Shown: one piece after another, positions 35,861 to 48,940 of the stretch
Numbering within the stretch: the stretch's first letter is position 1
How the letters are laid out: every line of letters begins with the position of its first letter
NCBI RefSeq assembly: GCF_018977255.1
Contig: NW_024704742.1
Span: forward strand, 101,372,001 to 101,436,000
DNA: 64,000 nt
Direction: 5' to 3'
From: Callorhinchus milii
Taxonomy: Eukaryota
Made by a program: the position numbers and the translations under genes
The notes under the pieces: model-generated
What the model was told of the DNA's origin: nothing
What the model saw: only the letters and a program-made list of their open reading frames with translations
The model's database searches: none

Positions 35861-36479
35861 TGTTTGTATGAAGCGAAACGTGTCTTTGAGTCAGGGTTAA
35901 AATTGGTTAATGGCTGAAAAGGAGTGTTTATCAGTTGCCATGTCTATGCTAAAATTTCCTACTGACACCAGCACTACCGAAAGAGCAGCTGGCATCCATG
36001 GAACTCTACCCCACACAAGTCAGACCATTCAGGAGAGACGTCAAGAAAATTAGTAGAGACAAATGAATAGTGGTATCATGTTATTGATATGGTACAAAAT
36101 GCAACTTTGCTTTAAACCATGGTGGGCATTCCAATCTAAACAGCCATCCTGAGGTTCGAATGACACAAAAGTACACATATGAAAAGCTTAAGTGCAGGTC
36201 CCCTGTGGTTTTAATTCCGTGAATGAATGTGCCTTTGATTAAAACAGACAAGCTTCAGCATTGATGTAAGAGTGCAGTAGTGCTGCACAACAAGGAATAG
36301 AATGAACAAGAAAATCAGTGTTAACCCGTTGAATCTTATGGCTTGGAGCCACTCACTGAACACAACTCAGTGTTTCCAATCACTGATTGGATCGCATCCA
36401 TCATTTCCAAATCTTTTTTGATATCCCAATGGAATGATTTACTCTTTTCATGAAGGGTTGTGTCCATTTTTGTCTAAAT

Positions 36480-37150
36480 GACCCTAAATTGGATGGACTG
36501 GTAAATTGTGAGACATTGTGACAAGTGGCAGATGTAGTTTGACACAGATTAATGTGAGGTGCTGCATTTTGGGAATAAGAAGTAGTTGTATAGCCTAAAG
36601 AATAAAACACACAATGCAATACAATTCACAAAGTACTGTGCCCTTCATGTCGACAGGACATCCCAAAACACTTGACGATTCTGGCTTGGCACCAAACCTG
36701 AGGGTGGGAGCTGAGAGGGGTGAGGAAGGGAAAGATGACCAAAAGCATAGCCAATGAGGTATATTTTGAGATGGACTTTGAAAGAAGGAAGGGAGGGAAC
36801 AAATTGGAGGGCAGAGGGATCTGGGGGTACAAACACATAAATCGCTACACGTGGAACAGAATATTATCAAAAAGGAAAATGGAGTTCTGAGATTTGTCAA
36901 TTAAGGTATTGATTTTAAAATTAGAGACGTTATGATGCACATTGATTAGGCTACATTTGGAATATTGTGTTCAGTTTAGGACTCCCCATGACAGAAGAGA
37001 TGTTATAGAGATGGAGAGGGTATATCACAGATTCACTGAGATGGTACGGAGTATGAGACCATATGCATATGAAGAAGGACTGGCTGAATTAGGGCCTTCC
37101 CACTAGAGTAGAAGAACTTGTTAGGGGACATGGCAGATGTGTTTAAGATA
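36480..37150 (+). mobile_element. Degenerate CR1 RT fragment with a nested minus-strand L2 tail (about 36610-36840)
   Basis: LIRLHLEYCVQF-type coding at about 36940 and YEEGLAELG at about 37070. Confidence 0.7.
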
Positions 37151-37152
37151 TT

Positions 37153-39475
37153 AAACAACAACAAACAACAACAACAAAATTATATTTTTAAAGGGTCTTT
37201 TATGTCGGGAGGACATCCCAAAGTGCTGAAGAGATGGGGGATCAAGATCTAAGCATTGGGGTGCAGGGTTGGGATGAGGGAAGGCAGAGAGGTAGGAGGG
37301 TGGCTGAAGGCATGGTCGAAAAGGAGGATCTTGAGTGCTGCCTTGAGGGAGACAAGGGAGGGAGCAAGGCAGAGGGACAGTGGGATGAAGTTCCAAATGG
37401 TGTGGGCAGAGAGGTTGAAAGCCTGGCCGCCAATGGTAGGGCGAGTCGGGTGGGAGACATGGAGCAGGCTAGAGCCTGCCGGAGGGAGCGGACAGGTTGA
37501 TAGTGAGTTAGCAGGTCAGAGAGGTAGGAGGGGGCAAGGCCATGGGAGGGCCTTGAAAGTGAGGACGAGGATTTTAATTTTATTCTCTGAGGGATGGGGA
37601 GCCAATGGAACCGGGGGAGGATAGGGGTGATGGGGTCATGGAGCCTAGTGTGGGAGAAGAAACAAGCTGCAGGGTACTGCAATGAACTGCAGCTTGAGGA
37701 GGGAAGAGTTGGGGAGGCCGACAAGGAGGGAATTTCCGTAGTCGAGCCTTGAGGTGACAAATGTGTGTATGAGGGTTTTGGTGGCTTGAGGGGTGAGGCA
37801 GTGGCAGAGTTGGGCAATGTTGCAGAGGTGGGGGAAGGCAGAGTGAGTCATGGCATGGATATGGGGAACAAAGGACAATTGAGGGTCGACAAGACGCCAA
37901 GGTTCCTGACTGGCTTCAGGAGATGGAATGTGCATCTGTGGATACTGATCCGTGACTTGATGTCTGATGGACAGTCTGTCAGGACATCAGTTTTGTCCTG
38001 GAATTGAGGGTGGAGGCAGAGAGATAGAGTTGGGTGTCATCCGCGTACATGTGGAAGTTGACCCCATGTCTGCGGATGATGGCCTAAGGGGGAACATGTA
38101 GAGGTTGAAGAGGAGGGGACCAGGAACAGAGCCCTGAGGAACACTGCACAAGACTGTGTGGGGTCTGGAAGAGAAACCATTGGCAGAGATAAATTGGAGA
38201 TGGCGTGAGAGATAAGACCTGAACCATTCAAGGACAGAAACTTAAAGGTTGAGGTGAGCGGAGAGGTGATGGAGGAGGATGGAGTGGTCTGCAGTATCGA
38301 ACGCAGCAGAGAGATCGAGGAGGACAAGGACACAGAGGGAGCCCTGATTATAGATGGACAGGATATCGTTTGTGACCTTGACCACAGCAGTTTCCATGCT
38401 GTGAGCAACAACAGCAACAACAACAACAAGATTACATTTGTATAGCGCCTTTCACGTTGGGAGGACGTCCCAAGGTGCTGGACAGAGTACAGCATTTCAG
38501 ACTGGGGTTGGGGGGGAAGGGAGGGGAGGGGTGGGGGCTGGCATTGTCGAAGAAGAGGGTCTTGAGGTGGGACTTGAAGGAGACTAAGGAGGGAGTGAGG
38601 CGGAGTGACTGGGGGATGGAATTCTAGAGGTTAGGGGCAGAGTGGCTGAAGGCTCTCCCGCCAATGGTGGGGAGGGTGGGTCGGGGGACATGGGGCAGGC
38701 CAGAGCCGGCTGAGTGGAGGGAATGGGCAGGTTGGTAGGGGGTTAGGAGGTCACAGAGGTAGGGTGGGATGAGGCCTGGAGGGCTTTGTATGTGAGGACC
38801 AGGATTTTGAACTGGATCCTCTGAAGGATAGGGAGTCAATGGAGTCGAGCAAGAGTGGGGGAGATGGGATCACAGAGTTTGGTGCGGGAGAGGACACGGG
38901 CTGCAGAGTTCTGGATTATCTGCAGCCTGTGGAGGGAGAAGTTGGGAAGGCTGACAAGCAGATTGGAAACCCAATTCGAAGGGCTCATGAAGGGAGTGGT
39001 AGGAGAGAAAGGAGTGAAGCTAGGAAGGAACAACTCCATCAAGGACCTTGGAAAGAAAAGGAGGTTGGAGATGGCCTGTAGTTAGAAAGCAGGGATGGGT
39101 CCAGGGAAGGTTTTTTTCAGGATGGGGGAGATTATAGTTATTTTTAGGGGGATGGGAATGGTGCCAGATGATAGGGAGAGATTGATGGTGTTGGAGAGTA
39201 GAGAGGCGAGGAGGTGGAGCTGGGAGGTAAGGAGAGGGGTGGGAAAGGGGTCATTGGGAGCAGGTGATGTGTTTCATGCTGGATATGGTGGTAATGAGAG
39301 AGGAGGGGGAGACAGGTTTAAAGATGTGGAGAGAGGTATGGGTAAGGGTCAGAATGTGGTGGAAGATGGGGAGGGAGTGGGGGTTGGGAGAGAGGTGGCA
39401 GCTGATTGTATCCCCTTGATTTTGGACTTAAGGAGATCCAGCATCTCCTCACAGTCAGAGTTTGAGGAGAGAATG
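37153..39475 (-). mobile_element. L2 LINE (RT region), split by a nested L2 at 38405-38962
   Basis: FVTSRLDYGN and HMYADDTQ at about 38030-38055. The HSMET coding at 38400 resumes at about 38965. Confidence 0.88.
38405..38962 (-). mobile_element. Short L2 3' fragment nested in L2
   Basis: (GTT)n tail at 38405-38430 and LQIIQNSAARVL coding. Confidence 0.85.
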
Positions 39476-40164
39476 GGGAATGGAAAATGGGTAAAGGAGC
39501 AAGAAGGGGTAGATAGGGAAAACAATTTTCTTTAATCAGGGAATTAGTGACAAGAGGTTATTGTCTTGGGATTGTCAGCAAAGAAATTAGGGGAGAGGTC
39601 AGGAGGGTAAACAACAACAACTTGGATTTATATCGCGCCCTCCACAGATGGCGTCTCAGAGCGCTTTACAGTAACATTAAAAAGTTTTAATTGTAAACTT
39701 AATGAAAACACATTTGGCCCACCATTTTTAAAAGAATTAATCTGGCAACAAATTTAAATGATTGAATTAGTGTTATTTAGGCTTTGGACCACAAAAAAAA
39801 GCTTGTGTGGGTTTCACATTAGGCATGTGCATTTGTGTGCAGAATTCTAATCCTGCATACCCTGAGATACAGAAAATACTGAAGAAGTTCTCTACATAAA
39901 CTGATCTTACTCAATCGAAACAGATAATAAACATTGCCATGGTACAGAAAATAATGGTCCAACTCATCTGCAATCCTTCACATGCATATAATTGTTTTGT
40001 CTGACAGAAACACTTTCTATAAGGAGCAATCTTGTGTAACTTGGAGGGAAATTATTACTATTGCAATTTTAATATTATGTGTCACGATGATCCTACTTTG
40101 GCTTCCGTGCCACTCTGGTCTATTGATTTACTTACCAGAGTGATTTAGAAATGCCTTGTACAAA

Positions 40165-41468
40165 TAATAATGATAATAAGTAATGCTTGCAGTTGATATA
40201 GAGCCTTTCATGTTAGCAAGATGTCTGAAAGCGCCTCACAGGATATAGTGTAAAGTAGATTGACTGTGTATTTTGTGACCTAAACACAGCAGCCAGTTAT
40301 GCACAGCAATGTTTCACAAACAACCATGCAGTGAGTGAACAATTTTTTTTATTTGTGGGAATGTTGGCCAGGACCCCTGATTGGCTTGTGCCAGCGCCTC
40401 AACACCTCAGGCACTGGCAGCATCAGCATCCATGGTTGCACGCTACACCTCACCAAGCCAGTTTGGAACTTGGGCGTCTTGGTCAATCCTCAACAGTCCT
40501 TTCTCCTCCATATCTGTGCCATGACCCGCTCTGCCTTCCCCCATCTCCGCAACATTGCCCGATTCCGCTAAGGTGTCACCCCTCAGGCCTCCAAAACCCT
40601 CATACATGCATTCGTCACCTCAAGGCCCGACTACGGAAACTCCCTCCTTGTCGGCCTCCCCAACTCTTCCATCCACAAACTGCAGATCATCCAGAATTCT
40701 GCAGCTCATGTCCTCTCCCGCACCAGGCTCCGTGACCTCATCCACCCTCACCCGGCTCCCATCCCTCAGAGGATAGAGGATAGAATTCAAAATCCTCGTC
40801 CTCACTTTCAAAGCCCTCCATGGCCTTACCTCCTCCCACATCTCTGACCTGCTGATCCCCTATCAATCTGTCTCCTCCCTCCACTCAGCAGGCTCTGGCC
40901 TGCTCCAAGTCTTCCGCCTGACTCTCAGTGGCCGGGTTTTTTAGCCTCTCTGCCCCCACTCTTTGGAACTCCATCCCACAATCCCTTCACCTCGCTTCCT
41001 CTCTTGCCTCCTTCAAGTCAAGACTGAAGACTCTCCATTTTGACTGTGCCTTCTGCCGCTCTCCTACACCCTCTGCCCTCCCTCATACCAATACTGCCCC
41101 CCACGCTCGAGGCCTGATCCCTGACTGCCCAGCGCCTTGGGACGTCCTCCTGACGTAAAAGGCACTTTACAAATGTAATTTTGTTGTTGTTGTTTTCAAA
41201 TAGTGCGTGGAATCTTTAACATCCACCAGAATAGGCAGATGGGACCTTAGTTAACGTTTCATCCAAATGACAGCATCTCCGACAATCCAATACACCTCCA
41301 GGACTGCATTGGAATGTCAACAACAACAACTGAATTACATTTGTATATCGCCTTTCACATCAGGATGACGTCAGGTTAGACTGTGTGATTCCAAGTCCCG
41401 TTGTGGGGCTTGAACCCACAACATTCTGACACGGGGGCAAGAGTGCTACCACTGCGCCAGGCTGACAC
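40165..41468 (-). mobile_element. Older Deu-domain SINE split by an L2 (40372-41195) and a short L2 tail (41318-41372)
   Basis: SINE tail at 40165-40370. Body and head resume at 41196 (TTCAAATAGTGCGTGGAATCTTTAACATCCAC ... CTTGAACCCACAAC ... GAGTGCTACCACTG). Confidence 0.75.
40372..41195 (+). mobile_element. 5'-truncated L2 LINE
   Basis: HLRNIARFR and KLQIIQNSAAH coding, (GTT)n tail. Confidence 0.9.
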
Positions 41469-42186
41469 ACACAAATCACTTTAAATGATGTCAGTCTGCT
41501 AGCTGATGCATTTGTAAACAGCCATCAAATCATACTGTGTTACAACACAATTCAGTCAATTGAACCTCTGCAGCTTCTCAGAAAGAGCTCTCATTTATTC
41601 TGACTCTCCTGTCCTTTACCCAAACCCTAGCATGCAATATTTTTCATTTTCAAATATTTACCTAATTCCCTTTTTAAAATAGTAAACAGAGGAGTTACAA
41701 CCATCTGTTTTCGAAGCATCTCTATGAAATTAAATTAATTTTAACGGTGTTCTTTTGATTGGATCATTAAACATTTCAGCAGTTTTTCCCTCCAGTTCCA
41801 GGCTAACAGTGCTGAATTTCAGATTGTGTTCAGAACGTGACTTTAGAAGCATGAGCTCTGCTGGTTTGACCTGCACATTCACTGCACCCTTGATGAGGAT
41901 TTGTTTGCAGCATTATTTTGCTAATCTGGAAACAGGCAAAAAGCACATGCCTCATTAATATTTAAATGAGGCATTGATGATATGAATGGCACAAAAGTCA
42001 TCTGCATCACTCCCACTACACTGGGGGAGCTTGGAAGGACAGCATAGTTTGTGGATTATGCAACTTCCCTTCAATTTCCCTATTGTGTCTAGAAAAGGCT
42101 GTTTATATATCGCTTTCTTTATGCATTTTAATTTTGCATGGGCCTCTCCCCCTTTTATACCAATTCATTCCTCTTTATAATCCTTG

Positions 42187-42560
42187 TGGTGTCCTGTAGC
42201 TTAGTGGTTAGAGCACTCGCCTCGCAAGCGAGAAGATCTGGGATGGATTCCCGGGCAGGGCGAAAAATTGGGCAAGTGTCCTTACTCAGCACATCTCTAT
42301 TTACCCAGCAGTAAGTAGGAATCCGGTTGTTAGATGACTGGCAGATCGGATTTCCAGGGGGAATATTCCCTTCAAAATAAATAAATAATTTGGTCACTCA
42401 AAACACGACTGTTTGTGTGACATTGCTGTTCGCAATTGGCTGCCACATTTTACCCACAAAATATAGAGTCAATTCACTTTGCAGTATATTCTGTGAAGTG
42501 CTTTGAGAAATCTCGAAGATGTGATAAGACAATTCATCAAATGCAAGGAATATTATTATT
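42187..42560 (+). mobile_element. tRNA-Ala-derived SINE, long form
   Basis: Head, long block, Deu-like core and tail are all present. Confidence 0.87.
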
Positions 42561-44699
42561 AGTATACTAAACTGAGCATCAGGAAAACTCTGGATTGATA
42601 TCTTTTAAAACATAACTTAACCTCTTTTGCCCTGCTCTTAGTAATATTTTTTGCATTTGACACAATACTTCATCACATCATCAAGACATCTAAAAGCACT
42701 TCACAGGATATTATTGTAAACTGATGTGACTGGGCATTTTTTGTGCAAAGGCAGCAGACAATTTTCTCACAGCAAAGTCTCACAAACAGCCATGGCGTGA
42801 ATGACCAATTATATTTGGGGGATTGTTGCCCAATACACTGGACAAAACTTTCTTTTCAAATACTGCCGTGGGATCTTTGATGTTCACCTGGACAGGCAAA
42901 TAGGATCTGAATTTAATGTCTCATCCAAGTTTGAACCCATAACCTTCTGACTCAGAGGCAAGATATTAACTGACCAACTCATGAAACTGCTGGATACCCT
43001 TGTGGCTTTGCAATATCAAGCTTCAAAACTATTGTGCATCACAGTCATACCTTTGTATTTTTTCCCTGAAAAATGAAATCCCCAAGAAAAATAGAAATTG
43101 TTTCATATAAGAAACTGGTTGAGAATAATAAATATTTTCTTAATTTGAGACTTTGTTGATCAAATTATTTTGCTGCAACTGTAGCAATGTTAATTTTTAA
43201 AGGAAAATTCCCGTCATAAACACATTTCAACATTGTGACTTCAGTTAATTGGATCAGAAATTCTTGCCCATTGGGGGTGACTTTACAGTACAGTTGAACA
43301 TGGCTTATCTGCATGCTAGATAACTGCCTACTTCCTTATCCATGTCAGATCACAGATATGCACGTGAAGCCAGACTGCATTGCAATTAGTTGTGCACATG
43401 CACATTGAAATAAGATATACAATTTTACTGGAGCAGTGCCAAGTGGAAAGATCTGTAAAAGGAAAAGAACACACATACAAATATACAGAGGCAGTTAGAC
43501 AGGCAGAGAGAAAGAGAGAGAGAGACATACAGACACGCACATACCTGGCATTCATAGTGTTCTCATAAACACAATAGGATCAGTCCTTGTTAGTAAATAT
43601 ATTGGACTATCCATTGTATTTGTTAATGGATTTTTTAATTAGAAATCTGTTACACTGACTTGCGGAAACCTCATTCCAAATTTATATTCAGAGTGAGGTT
43701 CTTTTGACTACCAGATATCATCTGAAACCTATTCATATATCGCTTTGCAAGGTCATACAGTCACATTTTGAAATGAATTATTTTATGTGCATATATAAAA
43801 GGAAATTACACAATCCTGCATTAGCAGAGGCATTCAACCATTGCTGACAGAATATTGGCAGGCACTAGCTGTTTCACGTCCCCTAACCTGCCCATCCCAT
43901 CATCACGGTCAGACTTTCAGTCTATCTGACCCCACTCTCTGGACTGCCATACGGAATCCCTTTACCTTGCCCTTTCCATCACTTCCTTCAAAGTCCAAAA
44001 GATCACGCCTACAGTCATCTTCCCACCCCCACTTGGTCCTCACCTTTCCTGAATCTAACTCGAGTGCAAACCCTTGACTGTCAGTGCTTTAGGGTATCTC
44101 CTGATGTGAAAGGCACGTATAAATCCAATTTGTTGTTGTTGTTTTGTCCTTGATTGTTATCATCGAGATTTATCATGTCACATTGTTTCATGTGGATGAC
44201 ACTGCATAGACTGAAAGCTAAGAAAGTGATTTGGGTTCATTATCCTTTGTAATGTTACACATGCATTTTTTAATTTTAAACCTTTATTATAACATTCGGT
44301 ACTATAATGTAATGTAACTAATATATTCAAACTGCATTGCTGCATTTGTAATTGCAACATTAACAGTTCACTAACAGTTCATTTGCAACTCTAACTATAA
44401 TAGATGCTTTGCCAGCAGTTGATAAGTACCAATGCAATAATAATAATCCTTGCATTTAATATAGCGCCGTTTCTCAAATAGGGAATCCAGCCCTCAGCAG
44501 CCAAAGACTGGACTACCCTGCACTACACCATCAGGGCTGCCCCTAAAGATTTAGCTCTTTGACTGCCTTCGATCATATCTCCTCTATTGCTCACCCAATC
44601 TCTACAGCACCCTTGTCCCTATCTCTACTTGAGCTGGAGAGTCCCTGAAGTTTGTGTGGAGGCCCTCTATAGATCAAAAACCTCTACAGTGCATTTGAG

Positions 44700-46160
44700 C
44701 ATGAGCTCAGCCATTCAACCCTTCGAGTCTGTTCCACCATTTAATTAGATCATGGCTGATCTGTACCTCAATTAATCCTTTCACTTCCAATTTTCACTTC
44801 CTGCTTTCTCCCCATATCCCTTGATGCCCTGACCTACCAAAAGTCTATCAACCTCACTTTTGAAGGTGTGGATGGATCCAGGATCCACAGCCTTTTGGGA
44901 GAGAGAATTCCAGATTTCTACCACCCTTTGAGTGAAAAAATGCTTCCTGATTTCACTCTTAAATGGCTTGGTTCTAATTTTAAGACTATGCCCTCTGTTT
45001 TGGATTCCCCCACCAGAGGAAATAGCTTCTTTGTATTTACTCTATCAAATCCCTTTATCATCTTAAATACTTCTATCAAATCACCCCTCAAACTTCTAAA
45101 CTCAAGGGAATATAATCCAAGTTGATGCAGCCTTTTCTCGTAACTTAACCCTTTTAGGCCTGGTAACATTCTGATGAACCTGCGCTGCACCGCCTCCAGG
45201 GCCAATTTATCTTTCCTGAGATGTGGTGTCCAAAACTGAATGCAGTACTCCAGATGGGGTCTGACTAATACTCTATGCAGCTGAAGCATCATTTTGTTTT
45301 CCAGGCCCCTTGAGATAAAAGCCAATATTCCATTCGCCTTTTTGATTACTTTTTGCACCTGGGAAATAGATTTTAGTGATTTATGGATATGGACTTCCAA
45401 ATCTCTTTACTCCTCCACAGTTCTTAATTTCTTCCCATTAAGAAAATATTCTGCTTTATCTTTTTGGATGGATGACCTTCCACTTCTCTACATTGAACTC
45501 CATCTGCCACAGCTTTGCCCACACACTTAATCTGTCTAAGTCCCTTTGTAACTTCCTACTCCCATCTACACAACTTACTCAGCCTCCTAGCTTAGTGTAG
45601 TCTGCAAACTTGGATATAAAACTTTCTATTCCTTCATTCAAGACATTTATATATATATGGAGAATAGCTGAGGTTCCAGTACAGGAGTCCTGTAGCTCAG
45701 TGGTTAGAGCACTCGCTTTGCAAGTGAGACACCTGGGTTCAATTCCAGGCAGGGTGAAACCTTGGGCAAGCTTCCTTACTCCACACGCCTAATAATAATC
45801 CCTCCAAAACAAAGCAATAATAAATTGGTCATTTTCAATCCATGACTGTTTGTGGGACATTGCTGTGCGCAATTGGCTGCCGCGTTCGCCCACAAATATA
45901 CAGTTAATTCACTTTACAGTGTGTTCTGTGAAGTGCTTTGGGACGTCCTCCCGACGTGAAAGGTGCTCTATAAATGGAATCGTGTTGTTGTTGTTGTCCT
46001 CCCGACGTGAAAAGCGCTATATCAAATGCAAGGATTATTATTATTATTATTAGAACCCTGGGGGACACCACTTGTCACATCCCGCCAAATAGAGAATGTT
46101 CCCTTTATCCCTACTCTTTGTTTCCTACCTCCCAACCAATTACCAAGTCCCATCACAACA
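44700..46160 (-). mobile_element. CR1 LINE 3' part (RT C-terminus), split by a SINE
   Basis: ORF 44918-45400 (KKANGILAFISRG, LVRPHLEYCIQFWTPH, RGDLIEVFKMIKG). GVPQGS coding at about 46050-46070 continues as VLEPQLFSIY at about 45680. Confidence 0.92.
45684..46050 (+). mobile_element. tRNA-Ala-derived SINE, short form, with an L2 tail inserted in its 3' end
   Basis: Full head and body. The tail segment is duplicated around an L2-type GGAATCGTGTTGTTG end. Confidence 0.92.
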
Positions 46161-47825
46161 TTATCTCCGACTTTTTGTATTGGGAAGCCATCGGGATATT
46201 AACAGCATGGCAACTTAGGTGGTAATGGCTAGTTAAGCCAGTATCTTGCTACCAGGAGTTTACCATACACTAATTTTTGTACTTTAAATGTGAAATCATG
46301 AATGTAAAATGATGGATTTACACAGTATTGAATGAAATATATGATAATAGTTTCATTCTGAATTGAGCAGAACTTTATATTTCCTGGGATAAGTTCATTT
46401 TTTAAAGGTTAACATGTCTGTGAAGTGTTTGATTAAATCAGACAGGACAGGGTGGGAAGTTGATGAGACGGGTGAGAGGGACAATGAAAAAAATGTTCAT
46501 TCAGACTACTGAACCATTACATGTCATTTTGAACCATTAAAACAATGGTAGATCATCTAATAAATTAACATATGAAATTATGTTCCATGAAAACCTATTA
46601 AGTTGGTCCTCCTCCTCTAACATGTCTGATTAGAAAAATGTTGGCCTGAGATTACAGTAATACAGTACCTATGCTCACTTAAGGTGGATGGTCTGTGTTC
46701 CAGAAGGAGTCATCATCATCTGTTAAGTAGTTAAGATCCTTCTCCCAGGTGGACTAGAATGAATTTATATCACCTTTAGTGGTATCAATGAATAAATGAA
46801 TACTCTGGTTACAAGCAATTCACAGTGATAAACTGGTTAATGAAAGAGTTGATCTCTCCAGTCACGATTACCCTTTTGTAAAATGAAATAAGGTCATAAA
46901 TGCTGGGGGAAAAAGACGTGTGCGATTAACATTTCCTAATAGCTATTCAAATGATTCTAAATAAGTTATTAGAAATATATATATCATATTCTTACCATAA
47001 TTCACTGAGGGGTCTGGGTTAGTTTAAATGTCTAACATTGACAATAAGAGCTTTCTAATGGCAAGTGTGCTCATATATCCTCCCACTGTGGGCTGCTGTT
47101 GGCATTAAACACCATAGATGCTAAAACTCATTGAGGAGGTTGCATCTATGCTGAGGAAATTGAGCACCTGAGGAGCTCCATTGTTATTTGTAGCTTTGCA
47201 GTGTTGTCTGAATTTATAACATTATATATGATCAGTGTCTCATAGCAAGAAATGTAAATGAAACATTTTACGTAGAGAAACACTGGAACTTACTTGCAAC
47301 TGGACTTCTTCCTTTCAACATTCGCTGGTTACTTGTTTGGAGGTCCTGATGCCCTGCCCTGGACAAGAATGATTCAGTCAGACTTCAAAGACAAGGTTAG
47401 ATAATCATTGGTGTGAATCATATCCAATCACTCCATTGGGAACCATGTTACTGATATCACCATGCTGGTAATGAGTGCAAATGACATCTTGTATCAGATC
47501 ACTTCCTTGACTATAATCAGTGCACAATCATTGGTGAAACATGATGTGATGATGAAACTGTCTTTTGACTTCTCTTAGGGATAAAAACATGTTTACCTCT
47601 TTCTCCGTTGGACTCATTTCTACAGATCAGTATATATTTTTTAGGCTGTTTCACTAAAAAGCTTCTCAATCTACTTTACAAAAGATGTTGCTACACTGTG
47701 GAACTGGAAATATAAGGTTTGAGTTGCTGGTTGAATAGAATCTTGTCTTACACACAATAGAAATAGTACTAGGAATGATCTTGCCACTGACTAAATGGTA
47801 TGAAAGGAACTGAGCAGATCTCAAA

Positions 47826-48130
47826 GATAATAATAATAATATTCTTTGCATTTGATATATTGTCTTATGTTGTTGAGATGTCTCAAAGTGTTTCACAGAA
47901 TATACTGTTAAGTGAATTGGATACACATTTTTCTGGGCAAAATACATTAGCAGTGGCCCACAAACAGTCGTGGATTGAGTGACCAAATTTTTTATTATTT
48001 ATTTATTTTTATTGACGGGATTGTTACCCCTGGAAAGCAATCCACCAATCAACTAACAACCGGGTTCCTACATATTGCCAGGTAAACAGAGGTGTGTGGA
48101 GTAGGGAAACATGCCTGTTTCACCTGCCAG
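47826..48130 (-). mobile_element. Long-form SINE lacking most of the tRNA head
   Basis: Tail, Deu-like core and long block visible on the reverse strand. Confidence 0.8.
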
Positions 48131-48940
48131 GGTTCTAAATCTATCTCTTGGAACAGGAAATGTTTTTTCAATAGGGCAAGGGATTAAGTTTGTGGTATTT
48201 TGGTATTTGTTAATATTCCTGCTAGGTGAATGTTGAAGATCGAATGACACTATTCGAAAAGACAAGAGAATTTCTCATGGTGCCCTGGATAACAATCCTT
48301 CAGTTAAATTGATCATTCACTTCATGGCTATTTATTTGTAAGACCTTACTAATTTTCAAATTGGCTGTAGTCTTTGACTAGAATTAAACACTCAAAGTAT
48401 TTGACAGCAATTCCCAGTGAAGCATTTGAGATGTTTCAACATCGGAGGTATTGTATCAAATGCAAGTTTTATTCCATTATAAGGAGCCCTTTTATACAAT
48501 TCCTGTCAATCTGCACAAGCTCCACTCCAGAAGTAGGTCACATAGGAGTGGAGTTACCATGGATCAGCTTAATGTACCTTCAGTTAGTCTATGGAGTATC
48601 TATTTGCATGACTGAAATCTCTTGAGGAATCCTACTGATATGGTGAATCACATTAGCACCATCCAAATCTGTTGCTGACCAGGGAAAAGAAGCTTGAACA
48701 ATTTTTTTTTAGAAGCTGATGACTAGTTTTGAAATCAGCTCAGCTACACTGAGAATTAACTACCAGAATAGGAAACCATACAGCTACAGAAATAATCATT
48801 TATTAGCCTATCCAGTCTATTCAGGGTCATTGCTTTTTCATTCAAGAGGATGGGCTAAGCACTGGAAAGAGACCTGTTTGGTCTATAAACCAGCTCAAAG
48901 GACCTTGGCAGCCTAACCACATGAAAGTTGGGGCTAATTT

